The notes under the pieces are model-generated. The model saw only the letters and a list, made by a program, of their open reading frames with translations, ran no database searches and was not told the DNA's origin. DNA of 64,000 bases, from positions 1,248,001 through 1,312,000 of the forward strand of contig CAWEEQ010000004.1 in assembly GCA_963808235.1 (NCBI GenBank), written 5' to 3'. Within the stretch, counting starts at the first letter, position 1. Each line of letters begins with the position of its first letter. Shown here piece by piece: positions 11,408 through 20,673 of this stretch. A program made the translations under genes and the position numbers. This DNA comes from an uncultured delta proteobacterium. Lineage in GTDB: Bacteria; Desulfobacterota; Binatia; Binatales; Binataceae.

Positions 11408-13591
11408 TCACAGATCCTGCCCGACGTTGTTGCATACGCCCGGGCAGCTCCCGTCAGGGTTCGAGCAGGTGGTCGGGCACTTCGGCGTCGAAGTCGATGT
11501 CGGCGTGGGAGTCGGCCCGCCGGTCGGAGTCGCGCTCGGTGACGGCGAACTGGTTGTCGTCGGCGTCGGACCCCCGACAATCGGCGCCTGTGGGACCGTC
11601 ACGAATGCTGGGTTCCCATCCGCGACCGGAGTCGGTGCCACCAATTGGGGAGTCGGCGTAGCTGTGACTGTGGAGGTGGCGGTCGGCGATGAAGTTGGCG
11701 GCGTCGGAAGTTCAAACTTTTGCACCGAGTACGTGTCACCGCCGGGAACGCAGAACGAATACGAATTGAGGGGATTATTGTTCGAACTAGGAGACTGATT
11801 CTGCACCGCCGTATTCGTTATCGCCACGCTGTTCTTCGCCAATACGACCGATGAGCCCAAGTCCGCGTTCGCGACTGTTCCCGTAATGCTGCCATGACCG
11901 GTGCAGGTGATCTTGTCGTCATTGGGGAAATCCTGACCCGTCACGGGAACGCACTCTCCCGGCCCTGGTGGCGTGAGTGGCCCTGTAACACCTGAGAGCA
12001 CCGCAATCGTGTGGCCTTGATAGGGATCGGTGACGCCTTGATAAAGATCGATTGTGGTCGCGAACAAGTCGAACGTTCTAGCGGCACCGGGCATGCCCGT
12101 AACGACGGTCGGCACGTTGATGGTGTAAGGAGGAGCCCCTCCGCTCGTCGATCTGACGATGACGGGCATCTTTAGCGCGCTCACAATGTTGTTCGTTCCC
12201 GCGTCTTCCGCGAACACCTGGACCAGCGTGGTCTGGCCCGGCAGCGGCGGCGTGATCGGGATAGTTCCGGATATGAAACCGGTGCTCAGCGCAATCTTAC
12301 ATGGGAAGGTCGACATGCCGGAGCCGCAAGTGCCATTGCCAGAAGTTGCGTTGGCAGGCGTGAGGAAAGAATCGTAGCCCGGCGCGGAGACCATCATTGC
12401 ATAAGTGTTGACCGCGGCGCTGGACGGCAGAATCGGGACGGCGGCGAACGCTGCGGGAACCAGGAGTGTCCCTGGCAGCGGAAAATTTCCCGCATTGTCG
12501 GTGTTGGCGGTCGCCACGCTGACGCACTCGGCAACGGTGGTCGGGTCCAGGCAATCAGCCGCTGTCACGGCCGGGTTGTTCTCCGGAGGTATCAGCAATT
12601 GGATGGTTGCCCCGGCGATCGGAGCCGCCGTGCAGTTGTCGGTAATTCTGCCCGATATGTGGCCGAGTGTCTGGTTGGTTTTGAGGTTGGTAAAATTCTG
12701 GACTATATTCCCGTTGGGCAAGAGCGTCGGGAGCCGGGCCGCGCCGTAGCTGTCTCCGCCGCCGGCCACCGCCAGATCATAGAGCGAGCCGAAGCCGCTG
12801 GCCGCAGGAAGCGCAAGGACATATTTTCCGGTCGTGAGGTCGATCGGAGCACTCGCGATTTCGGTGTTCGTGCCGATGGTTTGAGCGGTCACCGCCAGTT
12901 TGAGGGTTTTCTTGGCCTGGCTGCCGGCACCAGTTGGAAGGGTTCCCGTGACCGTGCCGAGGGTCGGGTTCGTAACCGCACTCATCCCAATGCTTACGGT
13001 GTAAGAGCCGCCGGGAACGACCGGGATCTTCGTCACCATCACGTTCAGCTGCATTATCAGTTGCGCCAGCTTGCCTTTGCCCGGACTGACGAGCGACGAT
13101 CCCTTCGGTACGATCAGGGTGATTGGAAGTCCCGCATTGGCGAGTTGAAACGGGTAGTTGATGCATCCTTCCAGCGTTCCGGATTTGGGACAATTGGGAA
13201 CGAGGGTGCCGGGGCTATTCGGATCGAGCACAAGCTCGGCGATATGGTAATTGCCAAGCCTGACTTTGGCGGTATTGAATAGCTGCGGTACGTTTTGCGA
13301 ATTGTTGAGGTCGATCTGCAAGGTCGGCGCGCTATTTCCGCCCCCGCCGCCGATTCCCGCCGGCACGTTGATCTTCTGCCACCTGGGGTCGGTGGGAGAG
13401 GCGCCCGAATTGGGATTGATCCGGACCGACTGAATATTGAGCAGAACGTTTTGAAAATTCGGCGGTGGAGCGCCAACAAAACCGACCTCGACGGGGGCCT
13501 TGCTGGCGGCCAGGGCCGGACCAACGCCCGCGAGTGCTATCGAGATGGCAATTACTAACGGCAGCGTCAGGCTGCGGACAGTCGGATACAC
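11408..13591 (-). CDS. Large secreted protein: DUF4382-like N-terminus, carboxypeptidase-regulatory-like beta domains, Pro/Thr-rich linker, Cys-rich tail
   Basis: Signal peptide; FQNVLLNIQSVRI...IDL resembles DUF4382; GHISGRITD...IAGATIQL...TDNAGNF...VSAPGY; PTPTPT tracts; C-terminal CPTTCSNPDGSCPGVC; GAGGGAAGG RBS. Confidence 0.7.
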   Translation of the reverse strand: MYPTVRSLTLPLVIAISIALAGVGPALAASKAPVEVGFVGAPPPNFQNVLLNIQSVRINPNSGASPTDPRWQKINVPAGIGGGGGNSAPTLQIDLNNSQNVPQLFNTAKVRLGNYHIAELVLDPNSPGTLVPNCPKSGTLEGCINYPFQLANAGLPITLIVPKGSSLVSPGKGKLAQLIMQLNVMVTKIPVVPGGSYTVSIGMSAVTNPTLGTVTGTLPTGAGSQAKKTLKLAVTAQTIGTNTEIASAPIDLTTGKYVLALPAASGFGSLYDLAVAGGGDSYGAARLPTLLPNGNIVQNFTNLKTNQTLGHISGRITDNCTAAPIAGATIQLLIPPENNPAVTAADCLDPTTVAECVSVATANTDNAGNFPLPGTLLVPAAFAAVPILPSSAAVNTYAMMVSAPGYDSFLTPANATSGNGTCGSGMSTFPCKIALSTGFISGTIPITPPLPGQTTLVQVFAEDAGTNNIVSALKMPVIVRSTSGGAPPYTINVPTVVTGMPGAARTFDLFATTIDLYQGVTDPYQGHTIAVLSGVTGPLTPPGPGECVPVTGQDFPNDDKITCTGHGSITGTVANADLGSSVVLAKNSVAITNTAVQNQSPSSNNNPLNSYSFCVPGGDTYSVQKFELPTPPTSSPTATSTVTATPTPQLVAPTPVADGNPAFVTVPQAPIVGGPTPTTTSSPSPSATPTGGPTPTPTSTSTPKCPTTCSNPDGSCPGVCNNVGQDL

Positions 13592-13783
13592 AAATAGACC
13601 TTCCCTCAGAAAAACATCTACGAGAATTGGGTCAGCGATTGGGATAACCTAACGGATAAGCGAAGGCAAGATAACATCGTACGGAAGTACGAAGGCAAGA
13701 CAACGCGGTTGCAAGGTTTGAGCAGATTGCGGCGCTTGATAATCGACACCTCGATCCTCAGAATTAGTTATAGAGACACGAAC

Positions 13784-15430
13784 TTGTCGAATCGTAATTT
13801 CTACCTCGTTGTCCTCGTCCTTTTTTTTCTGCTCTGCCTCGCGCTTCGCACGCCGTCTGCCGATGCGAGCCTGAAAGTGTCGGTTGGAAACCCCGGTCTC
13901 GAGCACTTCGACTCCGACGGCGGCGTGCAACTCGATTTTGGCTTGACCGATCAGAACGGGAATCCGGTCGGCAACCTGAAGCCCGACAACGTCAAAGTTT
14001 TCGAAGACGGCAAGGAAGCCAAGATTCTTGACTTCCGCGGCGTCGGCCAGGGCCGCCCTGTGGATATCGTGTTCGTTCTGGACGTGACCGAATCGATGCA
14101 GCCCTATATCGACGCGGTAAAGCAGAACGTGATCACGTTCGCGCAGGAACTCCAATCCAACAGCCGCGACTACCGGCTGGGTCTTGTCACCTTCGAGGAT
14201 TACGTCGTCTCGAGTGTTCCCGACTGCAACTGCGAGTATCGCAACACGATGACCTCGGACGTGAAGAAGTTCACCGAATGGGTCGGCAGCCTGCATGCGG
14301 GCGGTGGCGGCGACATCCCCGAAGATCAGCTCGACGCGCTTGCCTACGCCGCGAAGTTTCCGTTTCGCCCCGAAGCCGAAGGCATCATCATAATCGTGAC
14401 CGACGCGCCGCCCCATCATGACGGCGACGGCTCCGCGGACACCGCTCACGACCAGGCGTTCTGGGACCATCATACTCACGGCGTGCAGGTGACGGATCTG
14501 ACCGGTGACAAAGTTGCCGCGATGCTCAAGAAGAACGGGCTCACTTTATACGCGGTCGTTCCGCCGCCGTTCATCGCGCCCGAATATCAGCAAATTGTCG
14601 ATGCGACCCATGGCCGCTCGTACAACATAATCACCGAAGAAGGCCGCTTCGCGTCGCTGGTGCGCGAAATCGGACATTCGATCGCGACCGAATATTCGCT
14701 GACCTATCGGACTCCGCGGGCGATCGAAGATGGCACCAATCGAAAGGTCGAGCTGAAGGTTGACTACAACAGTGAGGCCGGCGACGCCGCGACCTCGTAT
14801 CAAGTGCGCGGACTCGGCGGCGCGGCGATCAACGTCCCCAATGACACCGGGACGGCGGGCGAAAATGAGACCGGCACGGGACTTCGTCAATTCTCGTTCA
14901 ACTGGTGGAATTTGTTCGTGCCACTGATCGCGATCGTCGGCCTGTTCGGACTTTCGCGGTTGCGTTTTGGCGTCTCCGCTGAGGAGCTCAAGGCAATCGT
15001 CGATGCTCAGGGTCGCGGCGCACCGTCACAGATGGCCGCGCAAGCGACGCGGGCGCCTTCGCGTCCCATGCCGCGTGCGCCGCAAGCACGCGCACCGCAG
15101 CCGTCGGTGACCTCGCCGCGTGGAGCCGGCATGACCCAGGGCGCGCGGCTGGTCGCGCTCGATCGAATCGATCCGGTGCCGGCGGAATACTCGCTGATGA
15201 AAGACGAAATCTCGATCGGCCGCGGCGAGGAAAACGATGTCGTCATCCCGCATGCGAGCGTCTCGCGCCATCATGCGCGCCTGATGCGCCGCGACGGCGG
15301 CTTCGAGCTGATGGATCTGAATTCGACCAACGGCAGCTACGTCGACGATCGCCAGGTTCGCGGTTCGGCGTTCCTGAGCGCCGGCACTCAGCTCCGGCTG
15401 GGCGACATCCGCTTCGTGCTACAGCTTTAG
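13784..15430 (+). CDS. Membrane-anchored VWA + FHA domain protein
   Basis: Hydrophobic N-terminus; MIDAS-like FVLDVTESM, GGGDIPE, IVTDAPPH; TM helix WWNLFVPLIAIVGLFGL; C-terminal FHA (IGRG...SVSRHHA...DLNSTNGSYV). Start uncertain (TTG 13784; ORF open from 13709). Confidence 0.85.
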   Translation: MSNRNFYLVVLVLFFLLCLALRTPSADASLKVSVGNPGLEHFDSDGGVQLDFGLTDQNGNPVGNLKPDNVKVFEDGKEAKILDFRGVGQGRPVDIVFVLDVTESMQPYIDAVKQNVITFAQELQSNSRDYRLGLVTFEDYVVSSVPDCNCEYRNTMTSDVKKFTEWVGSLHAGGGGDIPEDQLDALAYAAKFPFRPEAEGIIIIVTDAPPHHDGDGSADTAHDQAFWDHHTHGVQVTDLTGDKVAAMLKKNGLTLYAVVPPPFIAPEYQQIVDATHGRSYNIITEEGRFASLVREIGHSIATEYSLTYRTPRAIEDGTNRKVELKVDYNSEAGDAATSYQVRGLGGAAINVPNDTGTAGENETGTGLRQFSFNWWNLFVPLIAIVGLFGLSRLRFGVSAEELKAIVDAQGRGAPSQMAAQATRAPSRPMPRAPQARAPQPSVTSPRGAGMTQGARLVALDRIDPVPAEYSLMKDEISIGRGEENDVVIPHASVSRHHARLMRRDGGFELMDLNSTNGSYVDDRQVRGSAFLSAGTQLRLGDIRFVLQL

Positions 15431-15439
15431 TTCTCTACC

Positions 15440-16786
15440 TCAGTGCCCCGCCGACTGGAGCGCTTCGGGCTGGAAGAAAGCGTTGTCCACCGTGCCCATG
15501 TCGATATACCAGCATTCGCGATCGGGAGCGGTCGCGCCCGGCATGTAGACCACCGAACTGAAGCCGGTATCGAGATCCTCATCGACCAGCCCCAGCTGGA
15601 AAATCCGTTTATACGGATATATGGCGATCCTCGCGTCGGGGACCGGGCGATCGCGATATGTATTGAAGGTCGCAAGAGTCTTCCAGAGTTTCCCGTCGCG
15701 GTCGTACTGATCGGAGGCGGTAATGAACCAGCCTTCGGAATCGATGTAGAAAATCCGCCGGGGAATGGTCGCATCGATGCCCGGCTTCGCGTCGGCCTGG
15801 ATCACGTAGAGATGGCGCATCTCCCAATTCTCCGGGCAAATCGTTTTGCCGCCATCGTACGGACACTGCATTTCCGGTGAATGCTCGGCATGTACCACCG
15901 CGAGCATCTGGTTTTCACCCAGGAACCGGTAGTTGAAATCCTCGACCTTCGCCGAGAATCCGAAGTACGAATCCGGGTCGAGCGTGTTTGCAAATGCGGA
16001 CCCTGACGACCCCAATCCGCCCGCGCCCCGTCCGGGGCCGCCTCCGCCGCCGCCGGTGAAGCCGGGCAGTGCGCCAATCGCGTCAGACAGCACCGCGGCT
16101 GATTGCCGCCGCAGCTTGCGCGACTGCGGATTGAAGACCCAGACGTTGTCCTCGATGTTCGGATCGATGTGCCGTAGCCGCACCAATCCATAACCGCGCA
16201 ACGACGACGGCTCAAGGAACGGGTAGAAGCCGAAGCGATAGCGCACGCCGCTCGCGGCGGCGTTGGGATCGGTGGGTATCGGAGGCACTTCGATTCGTCC
16301 GATATTATTGTAGAAAGCAAAATGCCCGACCGTGAAGTAGCTCAGCGGCTCGCCCTTGCTGTTCTTGTCGAAGCTGGCAATTTCGGGATAGCGCATGTCG
16401 ATGTCGTCGCTGTAAAGCGGCCGGTAGCTGAAATTCCACATGATCTTGGTCGCAACCTGGGGGTCGTTAGGATCGACCAGTGGAAACGGCTGTCCTGCGA
16501 TGTAATTTTTAAGCGTGCCGTCGGGCAGAAGTTGCACCTGCGGCGAATATTTCTCGGTAGCGGTCTTGAACGGCGGCGGCCACTCGAGCTTGTCGCTCGG
16601 CACGATCCGCATCTGCATCCCCTGCTGCACCAGTATGTAATTGCCGGGGCTCACCAGGTTGGCCACCCTGGCCGCGTTGTCCCTCGTGATCACGTCCCCG
16701 GGTTTGACCTGGGCGCGTGCCGATCCGAGGCATACCAGCGCTGCCACGAATAACGTGCCTGCAACGATCCGCCGTGATGAGAGCAT
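15440..16786 (-). CDS. DUF1329 domain secreted protein
   Basis: Signal peptide; VKPGDVIT..N, GQPFP.....DP....KIMWN, WVFNPQSRKLRR, YDRDGKLWK pattern typical of DUF1329. Confidence 0.8.
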   Translation of the reverse strand: MLSSRRIVAGTLFVAALVCLGSARAQVKPGDVITRDNAARVANLVSPGNYILVQQGMQMRIVPSDKLEWPPPFKTATEKYSPQVQLLPDGTLKNYIAGQPFPLVDPNDPQVATKIMWNFSYRPLYSDDIDMRYPEIASFDKNSKGEPLSYFTVGHFAFYNNIGRIEVPPIPTDPNAAASGVRYRFGFYPFLEPSSLRGYGLVRLRHIDPNIEDNVWVFNPQSRKLRRQSAAVLSDAIGALPGFTGGGGGGPGRGAGGLGSSGSAFANTLDPDSYFGFSAKVEDFNYRFLGENQMLAVVHAEHSPEMQCPYDGGKTICPENWEMRHLYVIQADAKPGIDATIPRRIFYIDSEGWFITASDQYDRDGKLWKTLATFNTYRDRPVPDARIAIYPYKRIFQLGLVDEDLDTGFSSVVYMPGATAPDRECWYIDMGTVDNAFFQPEALQSAGH

Positions 16787-16988
16787 GGATTACTCCGGGT
16801 TTCGCGGCGTCACGTTCGGCCGCGTCTCTAGTTTCCGCACTGGATGCGGCGTTGGCATTTGCGTCGAATTTGGAACGACGATTTTTGCCACCTTACAACA
16901 GTTAGGTTCGGGCGACAATGTCTCCTTGCTTGATTGCGGGCGGTCTACCTATGATCGGATCTGCAAGGAGCAAAAGAAGTCTCATCCT

Positions 16989-17447
16989 ATGAAAACATCT
17001 AACTACAGAATCACGCTTTCGATCGCTGCGACCTTGTCGATCGCAGTTCTCATGCTCGCCGCTGTCGGGACTGCGCATGCGCAATTCCGCGCGATGGGGA
17101 TGCCGATTCCCACCACGCTGGTGATCACGAAGCCCGCGCCTGGGCAGATTTTCGGTGATGCGCAAACCGTCACGATGGGTGTGAACGGAAAGAGCTACAA
17201 GTTCGGATTGAAAGACGCCTACGTCGACGATCCACGGGGCAAGATCCGTTGGCCGGATGTCTGGCAGCTCGTGCGTCAGTTCAATCCGAATTTCAAGGTC
17301 ACCGGAATCGGCGAGGACACCTTCGAGAAAATACAACCGGGCCAGACCATGACCGTAAAGGGCATGTTCACACCGCTGGGTCAGAACTTTGAAGTAGTTG
17401 GAACGGAAGAGGGCGCCGGCCAGTTCGCTCCCGCGCAGCACTACTAG
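16989..17447 (+). CDS. Hypothetical secreted protein
   Basis: MKTSNYRITLSIAATLSIAVLMLAAVGTAHA signal peptide with AHA cleavage site; 152 aa. Confidence 0.7.
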   Translation: MKTSNYRITLSIAATLSIAVLMLAAVGTAHAQFRAMGMPIPTTLVITKPAPGQIFGDAQTVTMGVNGKSYKFGLKDAYVDDPRGKIRWPDVWQLVRQFNPNFKVTGIGEDTFEKIQPGQTMTVKGMFTPLGQNFEVVGTEEGAGQFAPAQHY

Positions 17448-17462
17448 TTCCCGATGTGAGCG

Positions 17463-18209
17463 CTAACGGTCTATTCGCGCAGACTGGATGACGCGGTTGA
17501 TTTCGGCCTGCGACACGCAGCCGACGCTCCCCGCGCCCTTGCACGGAAAGGTGAACTCGAGGCGCGCATGGTCTGAATATAGCTCGTCGACTATTTCGGA
17601 CGGCCGGGCTTGCGGGTTTCCATATTGGAATCCCTGAAAATTCTTCGTCTGAATAAAATAGATTCCCGACTCCGCATCGCGCGACATGACTGGCTTGAAA
17701 AACAACAGCACCATGGACAGAGCGGCTTCTTTCCGCGATGAGAAAATCGAGATCTTGCCGGGGGTCATCTCAAGAGCAGCGCGGGTGAAAGCGTAATCGG
17801 AGTGTAGGGGATCCTCACCATAGAGAATTCTCAGCTTTCTCATGGTTTCTGCATCGAGCTTTTGGCCGAATATTGGCAATGCATTAACGCGCTCGTTGGC
17901 TGGACTCGTCACTAAAACGATGCGCCGTCCCGAATGAAAGGCGATAAATTGCCACGTTCCAGTCCCCACGCGGTGAGTTTTCTGCTCGTCCAGATCGTTC
18001 CACGGAACCTCGAACTCACATCCGAGATAGGAAAGGTTTCGGCCCGGTGATTCAGAAACGGAAGTGTCCGCCAGTTGGACAGGAACCGCCCACATCGCGG
18101 GAGACTTCCAGGCGAAATAATGCTCTTCCAATACGATCGCGGTTTGAACGCCGAAGAACCACAAGTATAGGGCGGCGAGTACGAACCAAATCAGGATGCG
18201 GCGAAGCAT
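17463..18209 (-). CDS. Hypothetical membrane-anchored protein
   Basis: MLRRILIWFVLAALYLWFFG N-terminal TM; ~248 aa; visibly more AT-rich than neighbours. Confidence 0.65.
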   Translation of the reverse strand: MLRRILIWFVLAALYLWFFGVQTAIVLEEHYFAWKSPAMWAVPVQLADTSVSESPGRNLSYLGCEFEVPWNDLDEQKTHRVGTGTWQFIAFHSGRRIVLVTSPANERVNALPIFGQKLDAETMRKLRILYGEDPLHSDYAFTRAALEMTPGKISIFSSRKEAALSMVLLFFKPVMSRDAESGIYFIQTKNFQGFQYGNPQARPSEIVDELYSDHARLEFTFPCKGAGSVGCVSQAEINRVIQSARIDR

Positions 18210-18237
18210 TACTAATTTGCTATACGGGCGGTGTCGG

Positions 18238-18732
18238 CTAGCTACCCATGATCGCGGCGAGTTCGCGGCTGCGAAAGTCGAAGATATCGCCCAGGCTCCG
18301 CGCGACGAACAGGTAATGCGCGAGATCGCCGAGCGGGCCGAGCGGCATCGCATACTCGACGCGATCCTTCACCTCAGTTTTGCCACCGCCGAGATCCCTG
18401 AACGAGTGGCTATGCCGCCATAGCGCGTACGGGCCTTTCACCTGAACGTCGACAAATTTTCGCGGCGGCTCGACGACCTCGATTTGCGTCCGCCAATGTA
18501 CCGGCACGCCGTAGAGAATGATCTGGTAGTCGATCTCCACTCCGGGCTGAACGACTTCGGGCGGAGTCGAGAGAAACTTGAATTTCAGAAGCGGCGGTGT
18601 CAGCCGCTGCAAGTTGCGGGGATTGGAGAAAAACCTGAAGGTTTCGGCCGGACTGCGAGGAACAATCTGGATGCGTTCGAGGACTCGAACTTTCATGCGT
18701 TCGAGAGTAGCGGAATCCTGAAACTGAGACAT
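18238..18732 (-). CDS. SRPBCC/polyketide cyclase family protein
   Basis: FFSNPRNLQRLTPP, FVDVQVKGPYALWRHSHSF, IFDFR. Start may be at 18696. Confidence 0.88.
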   Translation of the reverse strand: MSQFQDSATLERMKVRVLERIQIVPRSPAETFRFFSNPRNLQRLTPPLLKFKFLSTPPEVVQPGVEIDYQIILYGVPVHWRTQIEVVEPPRKFVDVQVKGPYALWRHSHSFRDLGGGKTEVKDRVEYAMPLGPLGDLAHYLFVARSLGDIFDFRSRELAAIMGS

Positions 18733-18826
18733 CGAAGCGTGCGCAGAGGCACAAGTTGTGCCGCCATCCGCCGGTAGTGTACTTTTGAAGGCTCAATCCG
18801 CAAATGAGCTGGTCAAAAATCTCTGC

Positions 18827-20524
18827 ATGAAAAAACTCACGGGAGCACAAATCGTGATCGAGAGCCTGATTGCCGAAGGCGTTGACGTAATCTTCGGCTA
18901 CCCCGGCGGCGCTATTTTGCCCACTTACGACGCGCTCCTCGACTCGAAAATCAAGCACGTTCTCGTCCGTCACGAGCAAGGCGCCACCCACATGGCCGAA
19001 GGCTATGCCCGCGTCAGCGGACGGCCCGGCGTCGTCATCGTCACCTCGGGCCCGGGCGCCACCAATACCGTCACCGGCATCGCCGACGCTTACATGGATT
19101 CCACGCCGATGGTCGTACTGTCGGGGCAGGTGCCGACTACGATGATCGGCAACGACGCTTTTCAGGAAGCCGACTTCGTCGGGATAACGCGGCCCTGCAC
19201 CAAGCACAATTTCCTGGTCAAGAACGTCAAAGACATCGCGCGGATAATCAAGGAAGCATTCTACATCGCCGGCAGCGGGCGTCCGGGGCCGGTGGTGGTC
19301 GATTTGCCCAAGGATGTGCAGCAGGCCGAGCACGTTTTTAAGTATCCCGACAAAATCGATCTGCGCGGATATAAGCCGACGATTCGCGGAAATCCGCGCC
19401 AGATCGAACGCGCGATCGAGGCTATAGAAAAAAGTTCGACCCCGCTTTTCTATGTCGGCGGCGGAGTACAATGGTCGGGCGCCGCGTCCGAGCTGCGCGA
19501 ACTGATCAGAGGACTCGGGATTCCGGTAACCGAAACCTTGATGGGCCTTGGATCCTTTCCGGCTTCCGATCCGCTGCGGCTCGGGATGCTGGGGATGCAC
19601 GGCTCGTACGGCACCAACACCGCGGTCTGCAACACCGACTGCCTGATCTCGGTCGGTGCGCGTTTCGACGATCGCGTCACCGGCAAGATTTCAGAGTTCG
19701 CTCCGAAGGCCGAGACGATTATCCATATAGATATCGATCCGTCATCGATTTCGAAGAACGTCAAGGTCGATATACCTATTGTCGGAGATATCAAGTCGGT
19801 GCTCACCGAGATGCTCACTACGATCAAGGGCCGCGAGAGTATGGGCAAGCGGCGCGCCGAGTGGGCGAAGTGGCATCAGCAGATCCTCAAGTGGCAGAAG
19901 GAAAAGCCGCTCTACGAAAACGGCAACCGTGGCGAGAGCGTCTCTCCGCTCGACGTGATAGCGGAAATGCACAATCTCACTAAGGGCGACTGCATAATAG
20001 CTACTGACGTCGGGCAGCATCAGATGTGGGTAGCGCAGATGTTTCCCTTCGAGAATCCGCGCTCGTGGCTGACTTCGGGCGGACTCGGCACGATGGGCTA
20101 CGGGCTGCCGGCCGGAATCGGTGCGACGTTTGCCGCGCCGGACAAGAAAGTCGTCGTGGTTTCCGGCGACGGATCGATCCAGATGAACATCCAGGAGCTT
20201 GGCACTGCGGTTCAGTACAATGTCGATATCAAGGTGATCATCCTGAACAATTATTTTCTCGGGATGGTCCGCCAGTGGCAGGAGAAGTTCTACGCCGAGC
20301 GATATTCATACTCCGCGATGTCGGTGCCGAATTTCGTCAAGCTTGCCGACGCGTACGGCGCCCGCGGCTTTCGGATTGAAAAATCGAAAGACCTCGTTGC
20401 CACGATGAAGGAAGCTTTCGCCACGCCGGGGCCGGTGCTGATCGACGTCGTGATCCCGAAGGAAGAGGCGGTGATGCCGATGATTCCGCCGGGCGGCGCG
20501 ATGTCCGAAATGCTGTTTGCCTAG
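18827..20524 (+). CDS. ilvB: Acetolactate synthase large subunit, biosynthetic type
   Basis: IFGYPGGAILP, RHEQGA, TSGPGATN, GARFDDRVTG, SGGLGTMGYGLP, GDGS...NN..LGMVRQWQ. Confidence 0.96.
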   Translation: MKKLTGAQIVIESLIAEGVDVIFGYPGGAILPTYDALLDSKIKHVLVRHEQGATHMAEGYARVSGRPGVVIVTSGPGATNTVTGIADAYMDSTPMVVLSGQVPTTMIGNDAFQEADFVGITRPCTKHNFLVKNVKDIARIIKEAFYIAGSGRPGPVVVDLPKDVQQAEHVFKYPDKIDLRGYKPTIRGNPRQIERAIEAIEKSSTPLFYVGGGVQWSGAASELRELIRGLGIPVTETLMGLGSFPASDPLRLGMLGMHGSYGTNTAVCNTDCLISVGARFDDRVTGKISEFAPKAETIIHIDIDPSSISKNVKVDIPIVGDIKSVLTEMLTTIKGRESMGKRRAEWAKWHQQILKWQKEKPLYENGNRGESVSPLDVIAEMHNLTKGDCIIATDVGQHQMWVAQMFPFENPRSWLTSGGLGTMGYGLPAGIGATFAAPDKKVVVVSGDGSIQMNIQELGTAVQYNVDIKVIILNNYFLGMVRQWQEKFYAERYSYSAMSVPNFVKLADAYGARGFRIEKSKDLVATMKEAFATPGPVLIDVVIPKEEAVMPMIPPGGAMSEMLFA

Positions 20525-20630
20525 ACTCAGCTCCAGTCAAAATTACCGACGCGGTCTGCCCGCCTCGCGTCCCGTTCACGAAGGAACTGATTGGCGCTCG
20601 CAGTAGTGTCAATTCTCGCGCGTCGATACA

Positions 20631-20647
20631 CCGGTACCGATCTTGCT
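20631..20647 (+). promoter_or_regulatory. Possible sigma-54 (-24/-12) promoter for the DUF748 gene
   Basis: CCGGTACCGATCTTGCT has GG-N10-GC spacing and TTGCT, just upstream of ATG 20674; two mismatches in the -24 box. Confidence 0.35.
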
Positions 20648-20673
20648 GTTTCGACCAGATAAAGGTCATCAAG

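Noticed and set aside
18827-20524. ilvB without adjacent ilvH/ilvC
   Set aside because: Unlinked AHAS subunits are common; the partner may be elsewhere in the genome.
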